Counted from the stretch's first letter, positions 12,401 to 24,566 are shown. The stretch is 64,000 nt of DNA from Chlorokybus atmophyticus (GCA_009103225.1 RHPI01002533.1:1431186-1495185); one strand, 5' to 3'. Numbers and translations: made by a program. The notes: generated by a model from the letters alone, not told the origin.

Positions 12401-12647
12401 CGGCGAAGGGCGACTGCGACGTGGAGGGCAAACCAGCACGCTCACGCGCTGCAGTACAGAGCTGCTGTGGCTGCGCCGGCGCTCCAGCCCTGGTGGTCGG
12501 CGGCGAGCAGGAGCAGGTGGCGGCGGCGAGGGTGGGAGCTGTGCGGTGGCGATGAGTGGTGGTGTTGGTGCCAGCAACGCTCTGGTCAGGCAGGGGTTGC
12601 CGCGGCGGTCGCGTCCGCGAGCTGATTGCCGACAATGCAGACGCCAT
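6494..12647 (-). CDS. FYRN/FYRC-domain + ISE2/Ski2-like DExH-box RNA helicase (multi-exon, putative organelle transit peptide)
   Basis: Exons join in phase via GT-AG introns: MASALSAISSR..., acidic tract, FYRN (LPMRVKGNVIVLSAGKIY..HPYPVGYTATK), FYRC (FRGCTAADAW..NGRSFFGF), then APAGAGKT, TPLK, DEFH, FIFSR, GIAAHHAGILP, GRAGRRG, DSHCT (DDGDLVRVLRRTVELLKQ) and an ISE2-like tail ending MSRFPIASDSTIV*. Confidence 0.8.
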
Positions 12648-12810
12648 GCGCCGCCTCCCGCCGCCCCCTTAGGCCTACTCCGACGCCAGCACCAGCACCG
12701 AGGCCGCCACACTCGCCCGTCTGCCTGGCCTCGACGCCTGGCTTGAAAACTCGCGGTGAGCGTGTGCTTGTTTTCCGACCACGACCTGCCTGGCGCACAG
12801 AGACAGAAGC

Positions 12811-12826
12811 AAACCCTAACCCTAAA
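12811..12826. promoter_or_regulatory. Telo-box (AAACCCTAACCCTAAA) upstream of the helicase gene
   Basis: Exact AAACCCTA motif ~165 nt upstream of ATG 12647. Confidence 0.45.
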
Positions 12827-14884
12827 AGTGCACCTGGCCAGCCGTCCGATATTCCCGCCTTATCCGCCGCCATCCAACGCACGGACAGTCTTCCTGGGCT
12901 AACGGCATGCTTTGCAACTGCATTGCATGGCACCAACCTCATGACCTCTTTCAAAGGCCTCGGAGTTCAAGGCTCACAAGTGGCTCACGATTAGGTGTAC
13001 ACGCAATAGGTTCGCTTCCAAAACCTGCTTTTTAGCAATTGCCACTCACAATTATGCATAGGGTATGAGTTAATTAACATACATGCGCTCAGTCTGTGCA
13101 CACACGCGCGCACTACCAAAGCATGTCCGGCCAGCCAGCACAGCGCCACACTTACATTACACCCTAGCCCATCACACTAGCTTACTGTAATGCCGATTAT
13201 TGTGGAATAGGCTGAGAAGGGCTTGTGAAGCTTTAGTAACCAATACGCAACCACTCATGGTAGCGACTTTTGCTACCATGGCCTAGTCGGTTAAGCCCCG
13301 CGATACACTTACTTTAAATGCCCTATGTGCAATGCTGTGAAAGAGGAGCCAACGGCAGCACGCAGCAGCAGCAAGCAACACCAACCAACCTGAGTGCACA
13401 AGTATGATAACGGTTAGGTAGAGTAGAGGCTAGTGTAGATGAACAGCAAGTGTGATGTGTGGTGCGGTTTTGTGATCTACGCCCGCCCCCGCCCAGTTCC
13501 CCGCCATTCTGTCGCTTTAAAGCGACAGTTCTGGGTATGCTCTCGCGGCTCGTTTGCGTTAACTCAGCACCAGTCTAGTGCATGCATGTACACGTTGTTG
13601 GAGCACTTCTCTTTTAAAGGGTTTGACACAAGTTAACATGCATTCAAGCGACATTGAGATCATCCAATGATTATAGATTTATTGATTTTAAAATTAGAAT
13701 GTTATTGTGTACAATGTTATACATGTTGCAAAGATATTTATCCCTAGTAAGTGTACTACACAGATGTGTAAGGTTTGACTCAACACGATCCAATTAATCA
13801 GTACATGGCCACAAACCACGATAATCTATGAAGTTTGATCAATCACATGAATCAAAAAATTGGAATGAACGTCAAGGCATTGCGTATATCACTAATGTAC
13901 GATGCCAAGTACCTTGATATGATACAGCAAGCAACTCTTATGGTCATTTACTATAATACAATATATTATGGGTGATGTATGAAATCTGCACACACGACGT
14001 AGAATGTTTTGACTATGCCGTGTCACATGCATCCATGTCATGCACTCAACAAATATTAATGAATGTGTTTTCTGCAACATATTGTAGACATATTGTAAAA
14101 GGGTGATGTTAACCATGTTACTTGATGTTCGACAATTGAGATGTTCAATGTTCAACATGTCATGTGTGTAAGTTGGACATACATGACCATGAAAAAACAC
14201 ACAGAGAGCCATATAAGTGCCGCATTAAGCTCGCTACCACGTGTCCAACTCACTGCCACATGAGTACTAGTGAAACCTTGACATCGGCTTTTACAATCAA
14301 GTTTGCAAAGGACAATGCACATGGTCTTTTCCATATAGTATCTCCCTATATGCTTATTTTGACAACATATATAATGATGGATTTCAATCGGTTGAGCTTT
14401 TTTCCATTTGGGTTTGCACATATTGCTGTGCCTAACATGTTAGTGGTTGTTGTTGCTGTTGCGGAGTACTTACTCATGCATTGCTTATCTTGGGTGTTCC
14501 TTAACACCCCTAATCTGTTGGGGGTATGTCACTTGTGCTTGTTTGTGCTACGTCATTTGGTTCTGTTCAAGACTGCAGTGGCGGGCAAACCTAATCAGCC
14601 CCAGTTGGCACTACCCACTTCTAGTAGTTGCTAACTGGTGGCGCTGCTGTGACAGGTGGGGGATCATGCAAGATGTTCAAACAATGCAGACTGTATATGT
14701 ATATGTGGTCGTTGTCTATGCCGCTGCTATCTTCTACGAGCTGTTGGTTGTGTTGATTGTTGTGTCAGCACACTCAGTTGTTAGGCCCTTGGCACTGTGT
14801 ATTGCTTGCCGTTCTTGCTATACTTGCAATGTTTGTGCTCACTTGGGCGTGTACTACTGCCTTGCTTTCTGCCCCCCCCCCCCC

Positions 14885-15116
14885 NNNNNNNNNNNNNNNN
14901 NNNNNNNNNNNNNNNNNNNNNNNNNNNNNNNNNNNNNNNNNNNNNNNNNNNNNNNNNNNNNNNNNNNNNNNNNNNNNNNNNNNNNNNNNNNNNNNNNNNN
15001 NNNNNNNNNNNNNNNNNNNNNNNNNNNNNNNNNNNNNNNNNNNNNNNNNNNNNNNNNNNNNNNNNNNNNNNNNNNNNNNNNNNNNNNNNNNNNNNNNNNN
15101 NNNNNNNNNNNNNNNN
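14885..15116. other. Assembly gap (N run) flanked by poly-C and (CT)n
   Basis: 232 N. Confidence 0.99.

Positions 15117-15198
<82 letters not shown>
15117..15198. repeat. (CT)n microsatellite
   Basis: About 41 perfect TC units adjacent to the gap. Confidence 0.98.
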
Positions 15199-15201
<3 letters not shown>

Positions 15202-15396
15202 ACTGCGTGCTACAATGGCACAACAATGATGAAGTGCGATTTTCAAATGCTTATAAGCTCACAAACGCTCACAGCATGTCTGTGCTTTATTGGCGGTTAC
15301 CTAATCATGCTTGTCTCCACGCGACAATAAGCACTGCTGTTGGCAGCAGCGGCTAGCTGCCATGTTATTCGAAGTTCCACCACGCACCTTACGCTG

Positions 15397-18300
15397 TTAG
15401 AGTTTGCTAAGGGATAGGCTGGGCAGTTCTCTATAACAGTCCAAGGCGGTTGGGTCTACCATGGCCTCAATGTTCTTGGGCTCGTGGCCAGTAACCACCT
15501 CAAGCACAGCAAGCTCCATTTTCTTGCCCGAGCGCGTGTAAGGGATCTTCTCCACAGGGACAACCACAGCAGGAACGTGTCTCGGAGTTGAACCTGCCCG
15601 TACTGTAGTTCGCAATCGGGCTTCGAACTCGTGCGAGAACTGCTGACCACTCGCCAGCTTCACGAACAGAACCACTCGCACATCACCATCTACTGGCTGT
15701 GGTGGAGAGGATACGTCATCAGTGCATAGACAATGAATGGGATATCAGCTTGCATGTGCATTAATGCTACGACTGCGCACCTGCCCGATAACAACAGAGT
15801 CCTCCACTTCTGGCATCATCTCCACCAATCGGTAAATCTCGGCGGTGCCAATGCGTACACCTCCCGGGTTCAAAGTCGCATCAGACCGCCCGTAAACAAT
15901 CACCCCACCACACCTGCAGCCAAGACATCAGGCGCCATAGACCAACCCTGGCCGCACACAAGCCCTGGACACCATGCACAGAGCATGTGATCTTATAAGC
16001 AGACACCAAAGCTGTACCTGCCCTGCGTGCCAGTTATACTGATGTAATCGCCATGTAGCCAAACACCTGGCATGCGCTTGAAGTATGCATTGCGATACTT
16101 GTCATCTCCAGCATCGTCCCAGAAGTACACGGGCATTGAAGGGAAGGGCGTCTGCAGAGTCCAAATGCTGTAGATGCCAGACAATGTAGGCAACATGCCC
16201 TGCGTACCCAACGTAACAAGACGCACCTTGCATGCCAGTTCACCCTTGGCCTTCAACACTGCTTGATCGTTTTCATCTAGCGCTACAACGTCCATGCCAA
16301 GCCCTAAACACTGGATCTCTCCTGGACAACATTCCCTTTGTCATTACTGAATGGCAGCTAACACTGGTCAGATGCTGATAATGACACCACAAGGAAGGTT
16401 ACACACTCCTGTGGTCCAAACCTCGATAGACGGGCAAGACTGGGTTGCCCAGCATAAAGCACGAGATTATGTCCGTGCCACCTGATATTGAGCTAAGCTG
16501 AACATACTTTACATCTGTATACACCCATTCAAAATCTTCATGCGCAAGCGGCGAGCCTGTTGACAGCACCACTCGCAGCCGTGACAGCTGCCATTGAGAC
16601 TTTGGGCACACCTGAGGGTTGTATACATGCACATCAGATCCTGTATCAATGATACTGCTCCAACTTTTACATTGATTACACCAGTGCATCACAGAGTGAA
16701 GGCCATGGCCAGCGGATGCGGGTCACCTTGCCTTTGCAGGACGCAATGAACTTGGCACTGGTGCCAAAGTGCGTGATGCCTTCAGTGTCCGCCAATCTCC
16801 ACAGTGCTTCCATGTTGGGGTATGATGGTGACCCATCAAACAACGTGACGACACAACCAACAAAGAGGGCAGACACCTGTCACAAGGTTGCACCATCAGT
16901 GGCCGTCGTACGTGCGACATGTGAACCTACTACTGGCGGCAACATACCAGCCAGTTCCACATCATCCAGCCGCATGTCGTGAAGTAGATGATGTTGTCGT
17001 CTTTGCGTAGGTCGCTGTGCAGCATGAGCTCTTTCACGTGCTGTAGCAGCGTGCCACCCACACCGTGCACTATGCATTTCGGCACGCCTGTTGTGCCAGA
17101 GCTGCAGACGGGAAGGGAAAGGTGTCTGTGTGCATGACTTTCATGATGCGCTGTTTCATTATCCTGTACTTCTTACGTTATAACACCCCAGTACTGATGT
17201 TACAAACTGTGCAGTAAATGTCAAATTGCATACTCGAGCACAAGAGTTGTCTTTGCAATAAACAGGCCGCATGTACCTGTACATGATGTACAGCGGGTGG
17301 TTGAAGGGCAGCCGTACATAAGGTATCTCTTCTGCAGGCGTGCCTGGCAAGCGGTCCCAAGACAGTGCCTTTGCTTGCAAAGCAGAATGCGCAACCTGTG
17401 ACTTGCGAGTGAGTGAAGGTGATGAATGTGCATGCAAGAACTGACATGAGACATGAGACTTGGCACCATTGGCCATACCAAAGCGTCACTGGCGAGTGCT
17501 ACAACAACGATATGGCGTATGGAAGGCACTTGTTCCATAATTGCTGCACACTTGTCAAGGCAGCCAAACTTCTTTCCATGGTAACCGTATGCATTCGCTG
17601 CAAACACACAGCCACGTTTCAGTGTCCAACTGCACAGACATGTGTCATTGCATGTGATGTCCCGTACCTGCGATGAGAACGACTGGTGTAATCTGACCAA
17701 ATCGATCCACGGCACCGCGCACACCAAAGTCTGGTGAGCAGCTGGACCAAATTGCCCCGAGCGAGGTTGCCGCCTGCCGCCATCTTCATCGAGTCAGACC
17801 CCAACACAACACCCGAAGCACTGTTGATGTCTCGCTATGTGACCTACCAGCATGGCGACAACAGCTTCTGCAATGTTGGGAATGAATCCTGCCACACGAT
17901 CCCCGGCTTTCACACCCATTGCCTGCAAGGCAACTGATTGCTCAAGCAATGTGCATGACATGGGCATGATCATGCAGTGGGTGCAACATTATGATGGACG
18001 TTGCTGTGCGACCTTGCCTGCAAGCCTGCCGACACACGTACAACCTCACTGTGAAGCTGTGCATATGTAAGGCGAACTGGCTCCCGAACCTGCACATGGC
18101 ATTGATATAACACACGACAAGTCAGTGCCTTGGTTTACTGCGTCCTACAGCATGTGACCTCATGGCTGAATGACACCTTGTTGACCAACTCACACGGCAT
18201 AATGTGTGCAATGAAATATAACTGTATACCCATGAGTTCTGCTTCACAGTTCCCGATGCAGATGTTGTGTGGGATAAGGGGGGACACGAAAGGAGCATAC

Positions 18301-18777
18301 GTGCAGTGAAAGGTAAACGTCACCACCGGCGCTGAAGCTCTAGCTAATGCTCACTAACTTCGTTACTTATATCTGCATCTCGCAGCTTAGCACAAATTTG
18401 CTGTGAACTAACTGTGAACTTGATGTTATGAACGACAACAGAGACATGCCCGCAGTCACCTCACTGAAGGATGCCAGTGCGGGGGCGGAGTCCCGCCGCC
18501 TGAGCAGGTTCTCCGCGAAGTTGAGGCGGATGTTGGGGAAGAAGCCGGGCTGCTTGGGGGGCATGCTGGGCGTTTGATCGTCGTCGGCGAGGACCGTTCC
18601 ATCGTCACCGTCGTACACGACGCCGGTGAAGCGCAGCAGCAGTTGCCAGAAGCGCCGGAAATCCCGCACAGACCAGTCGTGCAAGGCCTGGTAGTCCTGC
18701 ACGCCCGCCTCCCGCATGAACGCCGCCATCGCCGTCGTCCCGGCATAGCTAACATCCGGCCTCCATAGTGGCTCCAT
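15397..18777 (-). CDS. AACS: Acetoacetyl-CoA synthetase (acetoacetate-CoA ligase), multi-exon
   Basis: PLWRP..., [106 protein letters not shown]: the AACS/AcsA2 signature set. Confidence 0.93.
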
Positions 18778-20127
18778 GTGAGCGGGAGCAGCCGACAAGG
18801 CGGCGGCGGAGGAGGAGGGAACTCAGCTGCTGCGCTTGATCACACAGCGCACCACCTCACGCACTACCTTGCGCATGGGCGATTAGAGGCAAAAAGAACT
18901 ACGTTACGTGTACTGCCGCAATTCATCTGCACGAAGAAGGCGATGCCGCACACGCGCCCAAGCGTGCCCCTCCTCACCGACGCCGGCAATGCCAAAGAGC
19001 AGCTGCTCCTCACCGCCACCAACGCTTTGTGCCGCAACGCTTTGCCACATAGACTGTGGCGCCCACACTGTGGGCACACAACCAACAACACCCAGTTCCG
19101 GCCGCATTCGGGACATGCAGTAGCGGCAGGAACCGATTCCTGCCGAACGTCAGACCGAACTGTGTTCATGAGCGAAGCATGTCATGATCTTGCAAGAAAA
19201 CATTTCAAGAATGAGGGCTGGGATGGGGACCTCAGTGACGAGGACCGCGTCAGCAGCGCGTTTCCGTGCTGACATGGACCCACTCACTCTGACACAAGAG
19301 CGGATATGAGCATGTTGTCGATACAAGCATACCGGCTGTGCAAGGCGATCATGTGATCGTGCTTGGGAGCAGTAAAGTAATGCAGATTGCAAAATGCAAC
19401 GGCTTATTCGGCTGTTGACCATGTTTGATGACGCAGTAACTATAGCGTGTAATCAATTAGCGTTACATGGTAGAGTGGATTAGTTAGCACGAGGGTGAGT
19501 AGTGGCGGCATGTCCTTGGGGTATGGGGCCTGCCCCGACCTCGTACCGCCAAAAACGCGGGCAAATCAACCACTAACTGTGCTGCAGTGGCACAAAATCG
19601 CTAGCAATTTTGGGTCGCCGTTGGCTAGCAGTTGCCGTCAAGATGGTTTTCAGCATCTTTTATGCATCTCTGCAATGATTGGCCATTTCGCTGCCTTTTT
19701 GAGCAACGGCTGTTGTCACCGTTGCGATCCCATTTGATCAAATTCAAGCGTGACCAAATAATGGTCTAAAGATGCAAATTTTCGTTTAATTAAATCTTAA
19801 CGTTAAGGTAATTTAGGTTAGCATTATTTTGATGGTTGTAACCTTGGCATTACTAACTGAAAACCTTAGCACGTACCGTAGCATAAACGTTACGTTGAAT
19901 ATTAAGTTGTTTAATGCTTAACTGCAGGTTGCTAGCCATATTGCACTATATTGCAAAAGATGTGCTTCATTTTGCATCACATCAGAGATATCAACATGTA
20001 TCATTGTATCTCCATATTTATTGATATTATTTCTGGAACACATAAAAATGATCAACATTCAGCCATAAGCGGCCACGTATGCAGTGTGCTTAATTTTGCA
20101 CTTAGTGGCGTTTAAACATTTGGATGT

Positions 20128-20275
20128 GCTTTTGGACGGCAAGGATTGTTTGGACAGATCCAACGGTGCAACGCTTGTACTCGCCGCCTAGCCAATGAGA
20201 AGCCGGGTCGCACATACTGCCGCGCAGCCCGGCAGTCGCGGGTGCCATGTGATGGCTGGACCAAACAGCCGCACC
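20128..20275. repeat. Dispersed GC-rich repeat, copy 1 (copy 2 at 28424-28618, same orientation)
   Basis: Identical 28-mer GCCGCGCAGCCCGGCAGTCGCGGGTGCC at 20219 and 28501, plus shared flanks (tttggacgg, gccgcctagc-aatgaga, cagccgcacc). Confidence 0.8.
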
Positions 20276-21037
20276 ACTTATCTCCGCACGTAACGTGGCA
20301 GAAACGTTAGTACTTAATGTATTATCGTAATACATGTGGGACATGTTCAGATCATATAAGCCATGTGAAACTATCTATATATTATGTATAAAAGATTGCA
20401 TGTATCATATATATTATGCATACAAAATTACCTATATATATAACAATTTATAATATTATAATATTATATGCATATAATGTGTATAATGCTATGTATAATT
20501 ACAACATATATGCATATGTTTATTTATATATGATGTAATGTTCGTATAATATAAGATTACTCATATATAAGTGCGTACCGTATTTACCCGATTACTGTCC
20601 CCCCCTATGCTGATGCCGGCCTTCTTAAAGGAGTTCTGCACAATGCGTGCAGGGATAGCCTCTCAACTCTCCATGATCCACGTCAGAATCTCTGTGAAGG
20701 AGCACGCCCGTTAATGGCCGCCAGCAGTGAAGGTGTGCTGGCTTGGATCCGCCATCCACATTTGCCACTACATATGCATAACACCTTAATAAGTGAATCT
20801 TGCTATAACAAAGACATGCCATGTCAACAACAACAGTTATCGTCAACAACGCACCTTTCCTCTAGCCATGTCCTTGAGAGGTTTGTTCAGGCCAATGTCC
20901 AAGGGCTGCAAGGCACTTGTCATACCACCTGGTGTGACAGCTTGGTCAACGCGGATGTGTTGCAGCGCCTTGCCCACAGAGTCACACAAATGGGCCCTAA
21001 AGCTGTCCCATACAAGCAGAGCTCGTTTGCCGAAAAT

Positions 21038-21466
21038 CTGCACACAAGCCACAACAAGCGTGGGAGCCAGTCAGTCAGCAAATCAGCATGCACACACACG
21101 AGTACGCATGCATACACACAAGTACGCATGCATGCACACAAGCAGTCGAAAGCAAGGAGCTAGCCAATGTGTGCACAAACAAGTGTGCGTGCTCAGCAAC
21201 CAGCCAGCTAGTCAGTGTGCACACACACAAGTACGCATGCATGCACACAAGTATGCATGCATGCACACAAGCAGTCGGAAGCAAGGAGCCAGCCAGTGTG
21301 CACACAAACAAGTGTGCGTGCTCCGCAACCAGTCAGCCAGTTAGCGTGCACAACACCAACAACACCAAATACACATGCATGCACACAAGCAACAAGCACT
21401 TCTTGTACACACATGTATGTTACATGTGTGTACAAGCACAAGCAATCAATGCACATCACTCAGCAC
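21038..21466. repeat. Tandem ~120-bp / CA-TG-rich minisatellite filling a transposase intron
   Basis: Repeated gcacacaagtacgcatgcatgcacacaagcagtc..aagcaaggagc.agcca units between CAG|gtgctg and gtgcag|ATT on the minus strand. Confidence 0.75.
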
Positions 21467-22071
21467 CTGTGGGCGCTTCTTCTTCATAACTACGTCCACC
21501 CACGCACATATCTTCATTCATCCGCCCTTTCTCGTTGGCGTAGATGTGCATGCCCGGCACCTTGAGGTCGCGCGGCACCGCCTTCCGCTTGAGCACAACA
21601 AGAGGAGGCAGCTTGGAACAATCAGCACAAACCGATAGAACAAGGGTAAAGCTCGCCCTCTCATGACCGGTCGTTGTCATGGGCACAGTTCGTGCGCCTC
21701 GCTGATGCAAAGTCTTTAAGGACAGCATGTCAAGCACCATCGGCACCTCATCCATGTTGATAATCTGCCATAAAGTGTATGTTTATCATTTGATTGCTTG
21801 CTTGTGGTTGATCAAGCAAGCAATTACTCTACAAAATGCATCTGTTGCATAGTGTACTTGTTTTTCTTCCGCATGCCATCAACAAACAACCTAAAGGATG
21901 TCATAATCTCTGCTTGCTGAGCAGCGCTCTCTGGCCCAGTTTTGTGCGAGCACGCACGACAAGATCGTGGCATTTGCAAAAACGCACTGCCCAATTCAAG
22001 GAGGCGTTGAAGTGCACATGCTTGTCGGGTGACTGTTTGTTGGCCTCTGCGATCAGCTGCTTCGCAAGCGC

Positions 22072-22488
22072 CTGTTTGAGCATGTACACATAAGCACAAG
22101 CAGTCAGCAATGAGTGTAAGTGTACAAGCAGTCAGTGTAGCAGTCAGTGTATGTGCACAAGCAGTCAGCAATGAGTGCGTGGGTATGGGCACAACCACTC
22201 AGCAAGGAGTGTGTGTGTAAGTTAGCAAAGAGTGCGTGGGTATGTGCACAAGTAGTCAGCAATGAGTGCGTGTGCATGTACACAAGGGTTCAGCAATGAG
22301 TGCGTGGGTATGTGCACAACCACTCAGCACGGATTGCGTGTGCATGTACACAAGGGTTCAGCAATGAGTGCGTGTGCATGTACACAAGCAGTCAGCAATG
22401 AGTGCGTCTGTAAGTTAGGAAGCAATCAGCAATGAGTGCGTGGGTATGCACAAGCAGTCAGCAAGGAGTGCGTGTGTACAAGCAGTAC
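22072..22488. repeat. Tandem ~35-40-bp minisatellite filling a transposase intron
   Basis: About 10 units of aagcagtcagcaatgagtgcgtg.gtatgt.cac between CAG|gtactg and aaacag|GCG on the minus strand. Confidence 0.8.
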
Positions 22489-23080
22489 CTGTAGCTTCCT
22501 GTGCGAAATAGCAAGGCCAAGCATGCGCTTGTCTTTAACAAAGGCGAACAACCGCTCCTCCATGTCTGGGAATTGTGGTTTGCGCCCACCGGCATGTCAA
22601 AGGGCGACACCACATTCAACACTGCATGTTGATGTTTACACTCCATGTTGTAAGTATATTGCACATAACGTACCCCCTTGCAAACGGACGGCAGACCTGA
22701 AGCTGCCCGTGATGTTAATGCCCTGCTTGATCCATTCACGAATGCTTTTTGGATAGACATCATGCTCACGTGCTGCAGCCTTCACCCCAATAAGGCGTGC
22801 CCGACGCAACATCTTCAGCTACACACAAAACCTTTGCATTAGCTGCTTATCAATGTGGAGCATGTGTTGAACAGGTGCACAAGCAGATACTACCTGCGCT
22901 GTTGAAGATATTCCTACATCCGGTCAGCCTGCCCTGCATACAAGAGAGAAGAGAAGGGACCTCGATGGGAGGACCTCGAAGACTCCGGACATGAAGGTCC
23001 TGGCGCGTACTGCAGAGAAGGGTCCTAGGAGAATCGTCATATCTCCTAGAATACTCAGTCATTTGGGACGTGGCATAGCT

Positions 23081-23300
23081 TGTTGAAAGCTTATCAAGTT
23101 AGCTACGTGGCACATCTTACAGCGTAGGATTCGGTTCAGTAGATCGGACGCTGTTGCGTGTAGACCAGCAGTGTGTACAAACTGTGTACTGACTGGCGGG
23201 TATATAACCCCGCGGTTTGTTGGTAATAAATCGGGAAGTGTGTTGCCTTCTCCTGTGTGTCATTGCTTGCCCTCTTCACTTGCATGCTTGTTTCTCAATA
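23081..23300 (+). mobile_element. 5' LTR of Ty1/copia retrotransposon
   Basis: Begins TGTTGAAAG, ends TCAATA (degenerate ...AACA), and is immediately followed by the PBS. Confidence 0.65.
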
Positions 23301-23313
23301 GGTTATGGGCCCA
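23301..23313 (+). other. Primer-binding site GGTTATGGGCCCA (half-tRNA iMet, hemivirus type)
   Basis: Matches the PBS known from Drosophila copia and Volvox Osser-type elements. Confidence 0.75.
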
Positions 23314-23620
23314 CACTACACGTGAAGAGTGTGAGAAAGAGAAAGAAAGCGAAGTGAAGAAAAGTGACAAAGTACATTGAAGTGAAGATCGAAGTCACTC
23401 AAGACTGAAGAGTGAAGAGAAGACCGAAGTCACTCGAGACTGGCGCTGAAGAGTGAAGTAAAGACCGAAGTCATTCAAGACCGAAGTCATCGAAGTCACT
23501 CAAGAGAAGTGTAAAAAAAAAAGTTACTGAAGTCAACAAAGTCACTCAAGTCACAACACGTGAAGATTATCAAAGCAAGTCTCAAGTGCTAACTGCAAGA
23601 AGAAAGCAGGCGCGGCAAAG

Positions 23621-24565
23621 ATGGAGGCAAGCTACGATAAAGGGCTGATCACAAAGCTGGACACAAACAACTACAGCACTTGGTGCGTAGAGATGAAGGC
23701 ACTACTTATCCACAAGAAGATGTGGAAGTATGTTGACCCGAAGGCATCTGCACCAAGAGCAGGAGAAGAAAGCATCTGGCTTGAACACTCAGTTGAAGCA
23801 CATTCATTGATGGTGCTTAACTGCAAGCCACATCACTTTCCCATGCTCACAGCATGTGAAGATGACAGACAAGCTTGGGAGAAGCTTGCAGCCGTATATT
23901 AAGCCAAGAACAACGCCAGAAAGATACAATTACGCAAGCAGCTAAGCGCGCTTCATAAAGAGACGGCCGAGCCGGTCACAAAGTATGTTGCACGTGCGAG
24001 AGAGCTGTGGGCGGACCTCATCAACGTCGGCCACAAGATGGAAGAGACGGAGGTCGTATTGGCGATTGTTGCAGGACTGCCATTAGAGTACGAAGTTGTC
24101 GCTACTCTGCTCGAGACATCGTCATCGGAGCTAACCCTAGACGATGTGCTACCCAAGTTGCTCACTGTGGAGCAACGCGTCTCAAAGAAGGAAGAGCAAG
24201 CGGACTCTGTGGCCTTCTACACACGAGACAAATACAAGAAATTAAGCAACTATGAAGACAAGAACAAGGCGAAAGGCAGCAACTCAAAGTTCAAGAATTT
24301 CACATGCCACTATTGTGGTATTAAAAGACACATCTCAAAGGATTGTCGTAAGCGCCAACGAGAGCAATCTGAAGCAGGCACCAGTAGCAACGCTCAACGC
24401 AAAGAAAAGGGTGTTGCATTTACTGCCTCAAGGAAGTTTGATACAACTTCATGGGCAATTGACTCAGGCTGTGACCAGCATCTCACACCGCACAAGGAGG
24501 TGATGGAGAACTACAGGAAGATGTCAACCACAAGGAAGGTGGAAGGCTTTAGTGGTCACGAGTTG
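23621..24565 (+). mobile_element. Ty1/copia gag-protease (premature TAA at 23900-23902; truncated at N 24566)
   Basis: KLDTNNYSTWCVEMKALL, UBN2-like region, zinc knuckle CHYCGIKRHISKDC, protease WAIDSGCDQH. Confidence 0.93.
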
Positions 24566-24566
24566 N

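Larger units (their letters stand above)
20607..22860 (-). pseudogene. POGK-like transposase pseudogene (Brinker-like DBD, CENP-B HTH, DDE_1) with spliceosomal-type introns
   Basis: LKMLRRARLIGVKAAAREHDVYPKSIREW; RKPQFPDMEERLFAFV; FNASLNWAVRFCK; IINMDEVP; TTTGHERASFTLVL; LVWDSFRAH; PGGMTSALQPLDIGLNKPLK; NSFKKAGIS. Contains in-frame stops and frameshifts. Confidence 0.9.

Noticed and set aside
12089-12994. Plus-strand Arg/Pro/Gly-rich ORFs
   Set aside because: Antisense to the GC-rich first exon and promoter; low complexity.
13256-13287. CATGGTAGC/GCTACCATG hairpin followed by CTAG (Helitron-like 3' end)
   Set aside because: Spacing is only 2 nt, and no 5' TC end or Rep/Hel sequence is evident.
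13509-13528. Perfect 20-bp palindrome CTGTCGCTTTAAAGCGACAG
   Set aside because: Single short occurrence with no supporting context.
14447-15356. Long ORFs with X runs and SL/RE repeats
   Set aside because: Artefacts of the N gap and the (CT)n microsatellite.
19290-19390. KOW-like peptide IPAVQGDHVIVLG
   Set aside because: Too short and surrounded by stops.
21038-22488. Tandem repeats as a CRISPR-like array
   Set aside because: Degenerate minisatellites without unique spacers, inside eukaryotic introns; no cas genes.
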